A stretch of 64,000 nucleotides of DNA. Origin: Planctomycetota bacterium (GTDB taxonomy: Bacteria > Planctomycetota > UBA8108 > SXIK01). The translations under genes and the position numbers were made by a program. Positions 15,001 to 22,771 of the stretch are shown here, piece by piece. The stretch spans positions 5,440,001 to 5,504,000 of the forward strand of contig CBDCXR010000004.1 in assembly GCA_965223845.1 (NCBI GenBank), written 5' to 3'. Positions within the stretch are counted from its first letter, which is position 1. The number at the start of each line of letters is the position of its first letter. The notes beneath the pieces were generated by a model that saw only the letters and a program-made list of their open reading frames with translations, was not told where the DNA came from and did no database searches.

Positions 15001-16125
15001 CACCGCGACGTCGCTGAGGCGCGCGCGGCGCCCGAACCCGAAGATCGTCACGTCGCGAAACGATCGGCCCCGAATTCGCACACGAATTCCGCCCTCGAGT
15101 GGAATTTCGTCCGGCGTGACGCTGGTGATGATGATCGGCGGTGCGGCCTCGACGGCCCGCGGCTGCGACACCGCTACCGCGCCGTTGGCGCAGCGGATCT
15201 CGAGAGCGTGAACTCCCGACGGAAGCGAGGGCGACAGCCCCGAAATCGTCGCGCGGTCGATCGACACTCTGGTGAGCTCCGCGCCGCCGAGCAGTACGAC
15301 GTGCGACGAGTCGACGCCCGGCGCCTCGATCGCCATCGGCGTACCGCCCGCGGTGGAGACGAGCGTCGGCGCGATTTCGTTGATCTCGAGCGGAGCGCAC
15401 GCCGGCGGACAGAGCGCATGGATCTCCGCGCGCGTGAGAACGTGGCTGTAGACGCGGACGTCGTCGATGCTGCCGTTAAAGGAGCAGCAAGGATTTGTCC
15501 GTCGGACGAGCGCACCGAGCGTCGTGTAGTCGAAGAGGATCGGCTCGAACGCGTAGCTGAAATCCGTCTCGTCTTCTTCGCCGTCGATCCAGAGCGTGGC
15601 GTCACCGTTGTTGTCGGTCCAGACCACGTGGCGCCACGACCCGTCGAGAACCTTTGTCGAGCTGAGCCGATTGAGGGGCGTACCCCGCGTCGAATCAATC
15701 CGGATGAGGAGATTCGAACTCGCGGCCGGATCCCGCCCGATCCCAAATCCGGGCTCGGGAAGATCGGTGAACCCTTCGCCGAAGATGTACGCGGCGCCGC
15801 GTCCTGGTCTTCCCTTCACCCAAAACGCGATCGAATAGCCACCGCGGCGAAAGACCGGGAGCCCCGAGTTGTTTCGAAAGCGGACACGTTCCGTGATGTT
15901 GTCGATGACGATCGCGCCCGAGCGGCGGCCGTCAAATCCTACTTCGAAGGTGGGCGTCCCTCCTCCGGGCAGCGTCCCGTCGTTTCCCCCAGGACCGCTG
16001 TCGGTGAGCGACAGGTTGAGCGTCCAATGAGAGATCAGATCGGCACGCGCCGACGGAGCAAGCGCCGCGAGCGCGAGCGTGAAACCGAAAACCTGGGTAA
16101 CTCTTCGCGTTGCCGTCGTCGTCAC
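9043..16125 (-). CDS. Giant secreted protein: LamG, ~4 IPT/TIG-like repeats, large unknown core, CARDB-like domain, C-terminal dockerin-like module
   Basis: Signal peptide ending PSARA-DL; LamG motifs (WRHVVW, FNGSIDDVRVY); repeated I-x-x-V-x-P..GG..I.G..F units; ends FRRGDVNDDGERNIADAI..DLNDDGQANIADAI..CGFDPTADRLSC. GTG start at 16125 follows GGAGGG. Confidence 0.85.
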   Translation of the reverse strand: MTTTATRRVTQVFGFTLALAALAPSARADLISHWTLNLSLTDSGPGGNDGTLPGGGTPTFEVGFDGRRSGAIVIDNITERVRFRNNSGLPVFRRGGYSIAFWVKGRPGRGAAYIFGEGFTDLPEPGFGIGRDPAASSNLLIRIDSTRGTPLNRLSSTKVLDGSWRHVVWTDNNGDATLWIDGEEDETDFSYAFEPILFDYTTLGALVRRTNPCCSFNGSIDDVRVYSHVLTRAEIHALCPPACAPLEINEIAPTLVSTAGGTPMAIEAPGVDSSHVVLLGGAELTRVSIDRATISGLSPSLPSGVHALEIRCANGAVAVSQPRAVEAAPPIIITSVTPDEIPLEGGIRVRIRGRSFRDVTIFGFGRRARLSDVAVAADGLSATATVPSWDAVSEGADDPTEPTFVDVFASDSRGLVRESNLVSYVPDPPPAPPVLTRVLPSQIPAGEGSVAVRVFGQNFSGETRVRFGRAFIGGSAVNAEGTEISGVAPTWRAASGSDDPLFEPMAVDVVAEDPRGDARLPDGVTYLPEPIELLRIDPATVNPRAGNRIRLFFENLPADALESMSVHFGNDQAEFATMPRANELESLTPALDPGTYSVSLRRGGTIVTQLARALTVEPEPVVPRQLVGPQQFETSLAGGEARFRWFNPEIYERIEVRDESGEEIMVLSGDATELNIAANGDHLQLQFVGVSSRGQFAISVADAIRAFCNGPVIAGNGTDGGGVFPLRGDHAPAQVERCADLVFNEEGDGGAGKIPGPDEPSFVQAPLVEDLGKLGAVQSPSAIGFIRPEWLQSVIPGNQITTGFLLPNDATVLEFAGFYHKIATKPGVELRGRLRHIESDFTDEFTFPNILIDTTKKDWHCVNYFRADRDIGTPPNPADPNDTGPQPCLDGEGTLKRIPAGRYLLDLYVVGGDNDVQYFAFGSDDRDYELLIPGSPCPPYPLVRVRDMTGRDTLPVITAIHGEAVSPENASGVWVSLEAFGTWIDGDGIPHKIGGAEGEPDNPEFEYVWTIYDKGGNPTTVCSGSAHQITTQVQELGCYYVDVEVRSKFCPRSTTRSYQIAIQPQDVECDLVYYSFLCPTPDPKGIRSVVGLIPPPGNGEFDTERPVEFRLLVAPRGFCQGQVVPAVYIDPNDPSQSDVLFDLVVASLVGDQPFVPFTDVDMIVEDLCPEVQNGLKYLHVRIEDLHKIPSVPGANGTNWKNVWFAGKTRRFDDGWPANHHLGDDSNGPTLVDDIWHPIGSAMRMLNHPPNLDHTFWNGFYDAQDATYRFSFKASHSTKEHYPIGPSKQVDFPVEGLPPGTGIPSFGNDLSSGTLPEFTIVGEDFVQEAAIGATHGDTLGNRMEGAPNIIQPGETIPDGIAGGLAFPEYHWESIDVLYDNTFRQEIFDAILYTGSIGPVPVTVWASISLAIDFLVGTNVTLDVRPFADLQGGGPRVETHAYLCGDVDIRIPCEVRADVLFGVASVATRLIPEANIDLDAHVGVIDGSPNSGLKMRAAFSLFFEVEACVWALFDEICYSPGRVPLVDDEELVSFSAGANFDTEACDFFEICGLLKQAAGLDCGDIIDGAGGGVADPTLKFLTTSRNSTAYSPDGSTWMQAFAVEAVSPPERTLGIFFTNEDNAFLVTQAIGDVIDPAVEFVTNERAFIVWTSGKAATSPVGTNVALMNSTAAQQDIVVAVVERNVADLWRRDENEPLIQVSDRSEEVAPSARRADGSAAIARDPSGAAVAAGGEAMVAWVRFEDSFLQIGTESQVIYEQPIGKVSAENPLTAKVIQNPIIPNLDATAIYARRVGIGGVLDGETKLSPPGINIAPTLATSPSGDTTYCIWVHDPEHENLTDSNLGRNLLIATYEKGVGWSAGAPVFANPDDYPGMLHPDLALQSDGSGMLVFTALGKGASENDTGLGSNRYVFASRFTEGVFETPELIHGRCLQPENGMYPSIAWTAGPNIDFDDPIGGGGGSFAPAEYVMTYHGLGPLGSRAGSGNVMSVAIGPASDAKWGAPVCLTDDERVHSNVATAISPGGVIHSMNLDGGWAQLRHRSEGRAGGIGGGKTLVSFDTEVLPDAAITVCRLSDSYPGPGGIVVATVDVENLGLACTPVDGNGESRLGVEIVFMDGDGRDEVVASATVPELAPGGGARLELDVEMPHDPGTIIARLFPNPIDRIATNNMRQCLFGAPTPEEFTCEARFYRDGAETVACLAWENPVRYEEIWVYRDGAMIASLTGGCTRFVDSYVEPGEHRYEVRGCIGVSKSVRAECTVDVPEPRDPNEDPQFRRGDVNDDGERNIADAIYSLNWLFGTAAEPICLDAADLNDDGQANIADAIFELNWLFGTGPDPARPGGECGFDPTADRLSCGDSTACE

Positions 16126-16159
16126 GACTCGTCCCTCCAAGCGGCTTCGATCACCTCGT

Positions 16160-16274
16160 TAACCCGCATTTCTCACCAGATTCGGTGAGCGAAGCGGCGA
16201 GACGTCGCGGCGCATCCGATGCTCAGTTTTCGTCTCACGGCGTCGTAGTAGAATCTGGTGAGGAATGCGGGTTA
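16160..16274. promoter_or_regulatory. 24-bp inverted repeat (23/24 identical) with 67-bp spacer in a divergent intergenic region
   Basis: 16160-16183 TAACCCGCATTTCTCACCAGATTC versus 16251-16274 GAATCTGGTGAGGAATGCGGGTTA. The function is inferred. Confidence 0.6.
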
Positions 16275-16469
16275 GGGATGGGTTCGATCGCGCGATCGCG
16301 CTGCCGACCGCGCCCTCGCATCTCAAGATCCCGAACCGCCCTCGCCGCGGGGAAGAATCTCGGTAGAATTGCGGACGGCACGCCGCAACTTGGAGTGTGC
16401 AGGGAGTTTGGGGAAACTCGCGCGCTGCGCTGGTTCACCGACAACGACCTCTTCGAAGCGATACCGACG

Positions 16470-17090
16470 ATGGCGGAGGACGACTTTCCCGCGCTTCTCG
16501 ATCGCGCCAGAACCGGTGATTCGGCTGCCGTAGAAGAGCTTCTCGTTCTCATTCGTCCGCACCTCGAGCGGGTCGCGAGCGAGTATTCGAGCACCGACGC
16601 CGGGGAGAGCACGACCGACTTCGTCCAGGAGTCGTGGCTCGACGCGTGGCACAAGCTCGACCAGTTTCGCGGAAACGGCGCCGACACACTGCCGGCGTTC
16701 AAGGCGTGGACGCGCCAAATCGTGCGCACAAAGATCCTCAAGGCGCACCGACGCCGATCCGCGCAGAAGCGTCCAGATGCTCGCCGGAAGCTCACGCTCG
16801 GAGCACCCAGCTCGGAGCGGCCGACCCACGATCCCGTCGCGAGTGAATCCACGCCGAGCGGACACGCGAGACAGAAGGAGGAGGCTCGGCGCATCCAAGA
16901 CGCCCTCGCGCGCATCGAAGATGCCACGATTCGCGAGGTGGTCCGGATGCGCTTCTTCGAGCAGCGCTCGCTCCGCGAGATCGCCACCGCGCTCGAGATC
17001 ACTTACGACCAAACACGCGACCGATTCCACCGCGGTCTCGCCTGGCTGGGTCGCGACCTCAGGTCGCTCGCCGCGGAGGATCTGCGCTGA
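16470..17090 (+). CDS. ECF sigma-70 factor (kinase-associated type)
   Basis: Region 2 (DFVQESWLDAW..FKAWTRQIVR) and region 4 (REVVRMRFFEQRSLREIA); lies directly upstream of a Ser/Thr kinase. ATG 16470 chosen as start. Confidence 0.9.
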   Translation: MAEDDFPALLDRARTGDSAAVEELLVLIRPHLERVASEYSSTDAGESTTDFVQESWLDAWHKLDQFRGNGADTLPAFKAWTRQIVRTKILKAHRRRSAQKRPDARRKLTLGAPSSERPTHDPVASESTPSGHARQKEEARRIQDALARIEDATIREVVRMRFFEQRSLREIATALEITYDQTRDRFHRGLAWLGRDLRSLAAEDLR

Positions 17091-17219
17091 CGCGACAAAG
17101 TTCGGGTTTCTCTCCCATACGCGGAACCCGATGGGATCTACGGATGGAGGCAGTCGACGCGAACAGAGGACTCTGGCAATCGAGGACCCGAGCACCGCAC
17201 GAATCCAACGCTCGAATCC

Positions 17220-20200
17220 ATGACGAAATCGTCGTCCGAATCACCACGCCCGCCAAACGACGCACTCGAAGCCGAGGTCGTCGAGATCGCCGAGCGTTTT
17301 CTCGACGGACTCGAAAGCGCGGAGCGCCCAGACCGAGAGGCGCTCGTCGCCGCGCGACCGGATCTCGCGCCTTGGCTCGAGGAGCGACTCGTCGCCATCG
17401 AGCTCGTTCACGATTTCGCAAGTGAGTCGCGGACCGGGGCGCCGTCGGGACGGATTCGCTGCCCACACTGCGGGCGAGTTTCGGCGGCGACACGCCCGGC
17501 GACGAGGAGCGATGGATCAGAGGGCGGACGCTCGACCTGTTCCGACTGTGGACGGACGTTTCGCGTCGATCGCGCGACGCTCAAGACAGACGCCGACGAC
17601 CTGCCGGAGCGCATCGGCCGCTTCGACGTCGTCGCGTTTCTCGGCCGCGGCGCGTTCGGCAACGTCTACAAGGCGATCGATCCGGACCTCGGTCGGCGCG
17701 TCGCCATCAAGATTCCTCGCGCGGGCTACTTCACGGCCGATGAGGAAGCGCGATTCCTGCGCGAGGCGAGAAGCGCGGCGAAGCTCCGGCATCCCGGAAT
17801 CGTCGCCGCGCACGAAATCGGGGACGCGCGCGGCGTGCCCTTTCTCGTCTCGGATTACGTCGAAGGGGTCTCGCTCGAAGAACGGACTCCCGGTCCCGAG
17901 ACGCCGGCCGAGGCGGCCCGGATCGCGCGAGCGATCGCCGAGGCACTCCACTACGCTCACGAAAGCGGGATCGTCCATCGGGACGTCAAGCCGGGTAACG
18001 TGATCGTCGATGGCGCGGGCGATCCTCATCTCACCGATTTCGGTCTCGCGCGTCACGACGAGGGCGAGGTGACGGTCACGATCGACGGGCAATTGCTCGG
18101 CACACCCGCGTTCATGTCGCCCGAGCAGGCGCGCGGAACCGTCGACGCCATCGACCGGCGTTCCGATGTCTACAGCCTCGGCGTCGTTCTCTACGAACTG
18201 CTCACCGGCGAGCGACCGTTTCGCGGATCGCGGAGCGTCGTTCTCAGCCAGGTCTTGAGCGACGAACCGCGTCCGCCGCGAGCGCTCAACGATCGCATCC
18301 CGATCGATCTCGAGACGATCTGTCTCAAGGCGATGGCGAAGGAGCCGAACCGGCGCTACGCGACGGCGAACGCGCTCGCCGAAGACCTCGGGCGATTCCT
18401 TTGCGGAGAGCCGATCTCCGCTCGTCCCGTCGGTCGGCTCGAGAAGACGTGGCGGTGGGCGCGCCGCCAGCCGGTCGTCGCAGGGCTCTTGGCCTCGGTC
18501 GCCTTCTTGATCGTAGCGGTCGCGGCCGTCTCTTTGGTCGCGGCCGTCTGGCTGTCTCGCGCCGTCGACGAGAGTGGACGGCGACTCGTGCACGCGCACA
18601 TTCAGAACGGCAGCCTGAGACTCGACCGAGGCGATGCCGGTTCGGCGCTGCCCTGGTTCGTTGAAGCACTGCGCTTCGACGAAGGAAAGATCGATCGCGA
18701 GGAGGTCCACCGGACGCGCATCGGAGCCGCATTCCGCTACCACCCGCGTCTCCTCCGGGTGTGGTTCGACGACGAGCCGGCGCGCGTCGTCGCGTTCGGG
18801 CCGGGCGGTGAGATTGCGCTGAGCTATTCAGGAACGACGGTGAAGCTCCTCGACGTCGAGGGCGGAGCGATCGCGAAATCATGGCAGCACTCGGCTGCCG
18901 TCGTCGACGCCGTCCTCGATCCCCTCGCCGCCCGGTGGACCGTCGTCGCCTGCGCCGATCGCTCGCTCCACATTCGTGACCTCTCGGAACCGAGCTCGGA
19001 CGCGCGCGTGGAGATGGAGCACGTCCCGTCGCGCCTCGCTGTGCATCCGCGCGGAGAGCTCGTCGTTAGCGCCGACGCCGGAGGGCACGCGATCGTTTGG
19101 GATCCCGAGCGAAGCCGCGAGATTCGGCGATTCGCACATCGCGGCGCCGTCTCCGATCTCGCGATCAGTCCCGACGGAAAACTCCTCGCGACGGCGGGCC
19201 GAAAGAGTGGAGTGTCGGTTTGGGAACTGTCGACTGGACGATCGCTCGGAGAGTTCCTTCGCGACGACGACGGATCGATCGTTCGCTGGGCTCACGACTC
19301 TAAGACTCTCTTCAGCTGCTTCGGGCGCCGCATGATCACGTGGGACACCGCCAAGCTCGAAGCTCTCGCCGAGTGGATCATCGGAGCCGACATCCGCGAC
19401 GCAGCGTGGTGCCCGAACGACTTGACCGTCGCGATCGCGGCGACCGACGGCTGGGCTCGCTACTGGCTCCCGCTTCGACAATGGGGGACACTCGGCGACG
19501 CGAAGTCGAGCGCACTTACGTCGGTAGAATTCGATCCGGCCGGGCTTCGCCTCGTGACCGGACGACGGGACGGACGCGCCGAGCTCTGGACGGCCGGAGC
19601 TCTGACGATTGCCGCCTCCCCGCTCCACCACAGCGGCGCGGTGACGAGCACGACCTTTCACCCGGGCGGATACCTCGTTCTCACCGCGAGCGAAGACGGA
19701 ACGACGCGGCTTTGGGATCTCACCCCCGGACCTCGCGTCACGGGTCTCGACGTCAGGGGGGATCCGGAGCCGATCTCCGACGAGGACGAGACGCGGCGCC
19801 TCCGCGTCGATCGTGACTCCGTCCGCGTTCACGCCACAGCGTCGGGAGTACCCCTCGCACCGCCGATGCGTCACCCGCGCGAGGTAGAGCTCGCTGCGTT
19901 CGGAGACGGGAAGACACGCATCGTTTCGGCGACGCGCCGAAACGTGCGTATCTGGGAGGCGGCGACCGCCGATCCGATCACGCCTTGGCTCCGGCACGAT
20001 CGCCCCCTCGCCTCCGTTCGTCTCGCCGAAGACGGCGCTCGCCTCGTCACGAGGGACGACATCGGAATCGAACGCGAATTCGAGTTCGCACCAGAAGCGC
20101 GCTCCGTTGGGGAGCTCGCGGTGGCGGCGAAGATCCTCGCCGCATCCGAGATCGATTCAGCGGGTGGCTTCGTCCGTCTCTCGCCAGAAGCGACGCGGCG

Positions 20201-20999
20201 CGCGTGGGAGAGACTCCTCGCGCGCGGACAACCTGCGCTGCCCACCGAGCTCGCGATCGGGCATTGGCACTTCCGGGAATCGATCGACGCGTATCGAGAC
20301 GAACGCTGGCGCGATGCGGTTTGGCACCTCGACCGGTCGCTGCCGCCCATCGCCGGATCGGCGCGAGTACACGGGATGCTCGGCCGTGCCTACGGTGAGC
20401 TCGGCGACTGGAGCGCGGCGGCAAACCATTACGAAGAATCGATCGCCGAGGACTCGACGACGGCGAGATATCACTTTCGCTTGGCCGTCCTCTGTCTCGC
20501 CCTCGGCGACGACGATCGATACCGTGCGGTAAGCGAGCGGATGGCCGTGGTATTTGGGTCGAACGCGACGAGAGCCGATCGCCAGCTCACCGCAGCAACC
20601 GCCGTGCTCGGCCCGGGCGCCGTGACCGAGGTCGAACCATTCGCGCGACTCCTCAGGGAAAAGCACTTTTCCTTTCGGTTGACGACGACGCGGGCGCGCA
20701 TTTTGGGCGCGCTTCATCTGCGAGCCGGTAACCTCGAAGAGGCCCTCGCGGTTCTCTCCGGGCTCCGCTTCAATCCGCGGCGCGAGATGACGTGGAAAGA
20801 CGCGATCTTCCTCGCCCTCGCCTTCCACGCAAACGACAACGCGGCAGCGGCCGAGAAATGGCTTCGCCGCGGAATCGAAGAAGTCGAACAGATCAAGATG
20901 CAGCACTTTTTCGACCGACTGGAGCGGCGAGTGTTGCTTCTCGAAGCGAAGGAACAGATCCTCGGCACCGGGGAGAACCCGAGTGCGTCCGTTCGGTGA
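17220..20999 (+). CDS. Ser/Thr protein kinase with Zn-ribbon, TM helix, WD40 repeats and TPRs
   Basis: CPHC..CSDC; LGRGAFGNV, VAIK, HRDVKPGN, DFG, GTPAFMSPEQ; hydrophobic helix; WD-like repeats (LTASEDGTTRLWD); TPR-like C-terminus. Confidence 0.93.
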   Translation: MTKSSSESPRPPNDALEAEVVEIAERFLDGLESAERPDREALVAARPDLAPWLEERLVAIELVHDFASESRTGAPSGRIRCPHCGRVSAATRPATRSDGSEGGRSTCSDCGRTFRVDRATLKTDADDLPERIGRFDVVAFLGRGAFGNVYKAIDPDLGRRVAIKIPRAGYFTADEEARFLREARSAAKLRHPGIVAAHEIGDARGVPFLVSDYVEGVSLEERTPGPETPAEAARIARAIAEALHYAHESGIVHRDVKPGNVIVDGAGDPHLTDFGLARHDEGEVTVTIDGQLLGTPAFMSPEQARGTVDAIDRRSDVYSLGVVLYELLTGERPFRGSRSVVLSQVLSDEPRPPRALNDRIPIDLETICLKAMAKEPNRRYATANALAEDLGRFLCGEPISARPVGRLEKTWRWARRQPVVAGLLASVAFLIVAVAAVSLVAAVWLSRAVDESGRRLVHAHIQNGSLRLDRGDAGSALPWFVEALRFDEGKIDREEVHRTRIGAAFRYHPRLLRVWFDDEPARVVAFGPGGEIALSYSGTTVKLLDVEGGAIAKSWQHSAAVVDAVLDPLAARWTVVACADRSLHIRDLSEPSSDARVEMEHVPSRLAVHPRGELVVSADAGGHAIVWDPERSREIRRFAHRGAVSDLAISPDGKLLATAGRKSGVSVWELSTGRSLGEFLRDDDGSIVRWAHDSKTLFSCFGRRMITWDTAKLEALAEWIIGADIRDAAWCPNDLTVAIAATDGWARYWLPLRQWGTLGDAKSSALTSVEFDPAGLRLVTGRRDGRAELWTAGALTIAASPLHHSGAVTSTTFHPGGYLVLTASEDGTTRLWDLTPGPRVTGLDVRGDPEPISDEDETRRLRVDRDSVRVHATASGVPLAPPMRHPREVELAAFGDGKTRIVSATRRNVRIWEAATADPITPWLRHDRPLASVRLAEDGARLVTRDDIGIEREFEFAPEARSVGELAVAAKILAASEIDSAGGFVRLSPEATRRAWERLLARGQPALPTELAIGHWHFRESIDAYRDERWRDAVWHLDRSLPPIAGSARVHGMLGRAYGELGDWSAAANHYEESIAEDSTTARYHFRLAVLCLALGDDDRYRAVSERMAVVFGSNATRADRQLTAATAVLGPGAVTEVEPFARLLREKHFSFRLTTTRARILGALHLRAGNLEEALAVLSGLRFNPRREMTWKDAIFLALAFHANDNAAAAEKWLRRGIEEVEQIKMQHFFDRLERRVLLLEAKEQILGTGENPSASVR

Positions 21000-21128
21000 A
21001 TCAATCAACGGGCGAACTCGTCGCTCTTCGATCGCTGGATCGAGTCCCTTCGTGATACGATCCTCTCCCGGCCGACACCCGCCGCCGTTACGAACAAGCC
21101 GCGCCCCGATACGACGAGAGGTCTCGGA

Positions 21129-22400
21129 GTGGACATCGCGAGCGGAACGACTCTCATTCACAACGGAAAGCTCGTCGACGGCACCGGCAGCGCTCCTTTG
21201 CCGGATGCCGCGGTGGTCTTTACGGATGGGCTCATCGATTACGCCGGACCGCTCGCGGCCGCGCCTTCTCTTCCGGCCGCTGCGACGCGTATCGACGCCG
21301 GAGGGGGAACGATCCTTCCCGGGCTCGTCGAGGCGCATTTTCACCCGACGTATTTCAACGTCGCGGCGCTCGAGGATCTCGATATCCGCTACCCCGTCGA
21401 ATACGTGACGCTGCTCGCCGCTGCAAACGCGAAGCTCGCGCTCGAATGCGGGTACACAGCGGCGCGAAGCGGTGGAAGTCTCTTCAACATCGACGTCTGG
21501 CTGAAGAAAGCCATCGAAGAGGACCTCACGCTCGGCCCTCGCCTCGCGGCGAGCGGCCGCGAGATCTGCGGGGTCGGCGGTCTCATGGATTGGAATCCCG
21601 ATTTTCGCAAGATCGGAATGGAGGGACTCGTTCTTCTCGTGAGCGGTCCCGACGAGGCGCGCTCCGCCGTTCGCAAGCTCGTCAAGGACGGAGTCGAATG
21701 GGTCAAAACCTATCCGACCGGCGATGCAGCGGCCCCGGATGTCAACGATCACCACACTCTCTGCATGACCTTCGAAGAGATGCATGCTGTCGTTGAGACT
21801 GCACACAACCACAACATGAAGGTCACCGGCCACTGCCGCGCGACCGAAGGAATCAAGAACGCGCTCCGGGCGGGTTACGACACTCTCGAACACGGCACGT
21901 TCATCGACGACGAAGCGCTCGAAATGATCCTCGCGCGCGATGTTCCCGTCGTGCCGGCGCTTCAATTCGAGAAGGCGAGCATCGAGCGCGGCCCGGAAAT
22001 CGGGATGCCCCAGGCGGTGATCGACGGTCACCAGGAGACGCTCGACGGCGGCGCGGAGAGTGCTCGGCGCCTCCACGAGGCCGGGGGAACACTCGGGATG
22101 GGCGGCGACTACGGATTCGCGTGGAACCCGCACGGCGACTACGCGAAGGAGCTCACGTTCTTCGTCGAGTTCGTCGGCTTCACTCCGCTCGACACCATCC
22201 GCTGCGCGACACTGAACGGGGCGAAGATCCTCGGGCGAAGCGACGAGATCGGCACGCTCGAAGCCGGAAAGCTCGCGGACATTCTCGTCGTCGACGGTGA
22301 CGTCGCGGCGGACATTTCAATCCTCGAGGATCGATCGAGGATCTCCGTTTTTCAGGGCGGGGTGCTCAAGGTCGACCGGTTGGCGCGCTCGGCTTCCTGA
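21129..22400 (+). CDS. Metal-dependent amidohydrolase (Xaa-Pro dipeptidase-like subgroup)
   Basis: PGLVEAHFH, carboxylatable Lys (WVKTY), VTGHC, LEHG, GGDYG, GKLADILVVDG. Confidence 0.88.
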   Translation: MDIASGTTLIHNGKLVDGTGSAPLPDAAVVFTDGLIDYAGPLAAAPSLPAAATRIDAGGGTILPGLVEAHFHPTYFNVAALEDLDIRYPVEYVTLLAAANAKLALECGYTAARSGGSLFNIDVWLKKAIEEDLTLGPRLAASGREICGVGGLMDWNPDFRKIGMEGLVLLVSGPDEARSAVRKLVKDGVEWVKTYPTGDAAAPDVNDHHTLCMTFEEMHAVVETAHNHNMKVTGHCRATEGIKNALRAGYDTLEHGTFIDDEALEMILARDVPVVPALQFEKASIERGPEIGMPQAVIDGHQETLDGGAESARRLHEAGGTLGMGGDYGFAWNPHGDYAKELTFFVEFVGFTPLDTIRCATLNGAKILGRSDEIGTLEAGKLADILVVDGDVAADISILEDRSRISVFQGGVLKVDRLARSAS

Positions 22401-22429
22401 CTACGACGAGCTTCTAAGGGGAAGAGTTT

Positions 22430-22712
22430 CACACGAAGGGCGCGAAGGTCCGCGAAGGAAGACGAAGGGGAGAAAGAGAGGGAGAATTGTTTTCGAGAGT
22501 GGCGATCTGAGTCACGAAACGTTCACCGTCGGAACTCGATCGATCGATGTCAGGACGTTCTCGTCTTGAGTCACATGCGGGCGATCCAACCATCACTCGC
22601 GAGGACGTGAACGCGCTCACCCGCCCTCCTAATCGCCTACTTTCTTATCTCTCCTACTCTCCTCCTCTCTCTTTCCTCCGTCTTCCTTCGCGGACCTTCG
22701 CGCCCTTCGTGT
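22430..22712. repeat. REP/REPIN-like element copy 2
   Basis: ACACGAAGGGCGCGAAGGTCCGCGAAGGAAGACG (22431-22464) has a perfect 34-bp reverse complement at 22679-22712, with a purine tract inside the left arm and a pyrimidine tract inside the right arm. Confidence 0.85.
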
Positions 22713-22771
22713 AAAATCTTCACCCTTGGCAGGACCCGCCGCAAAGAAGTCAAGAACGCGCATAGAATCCC

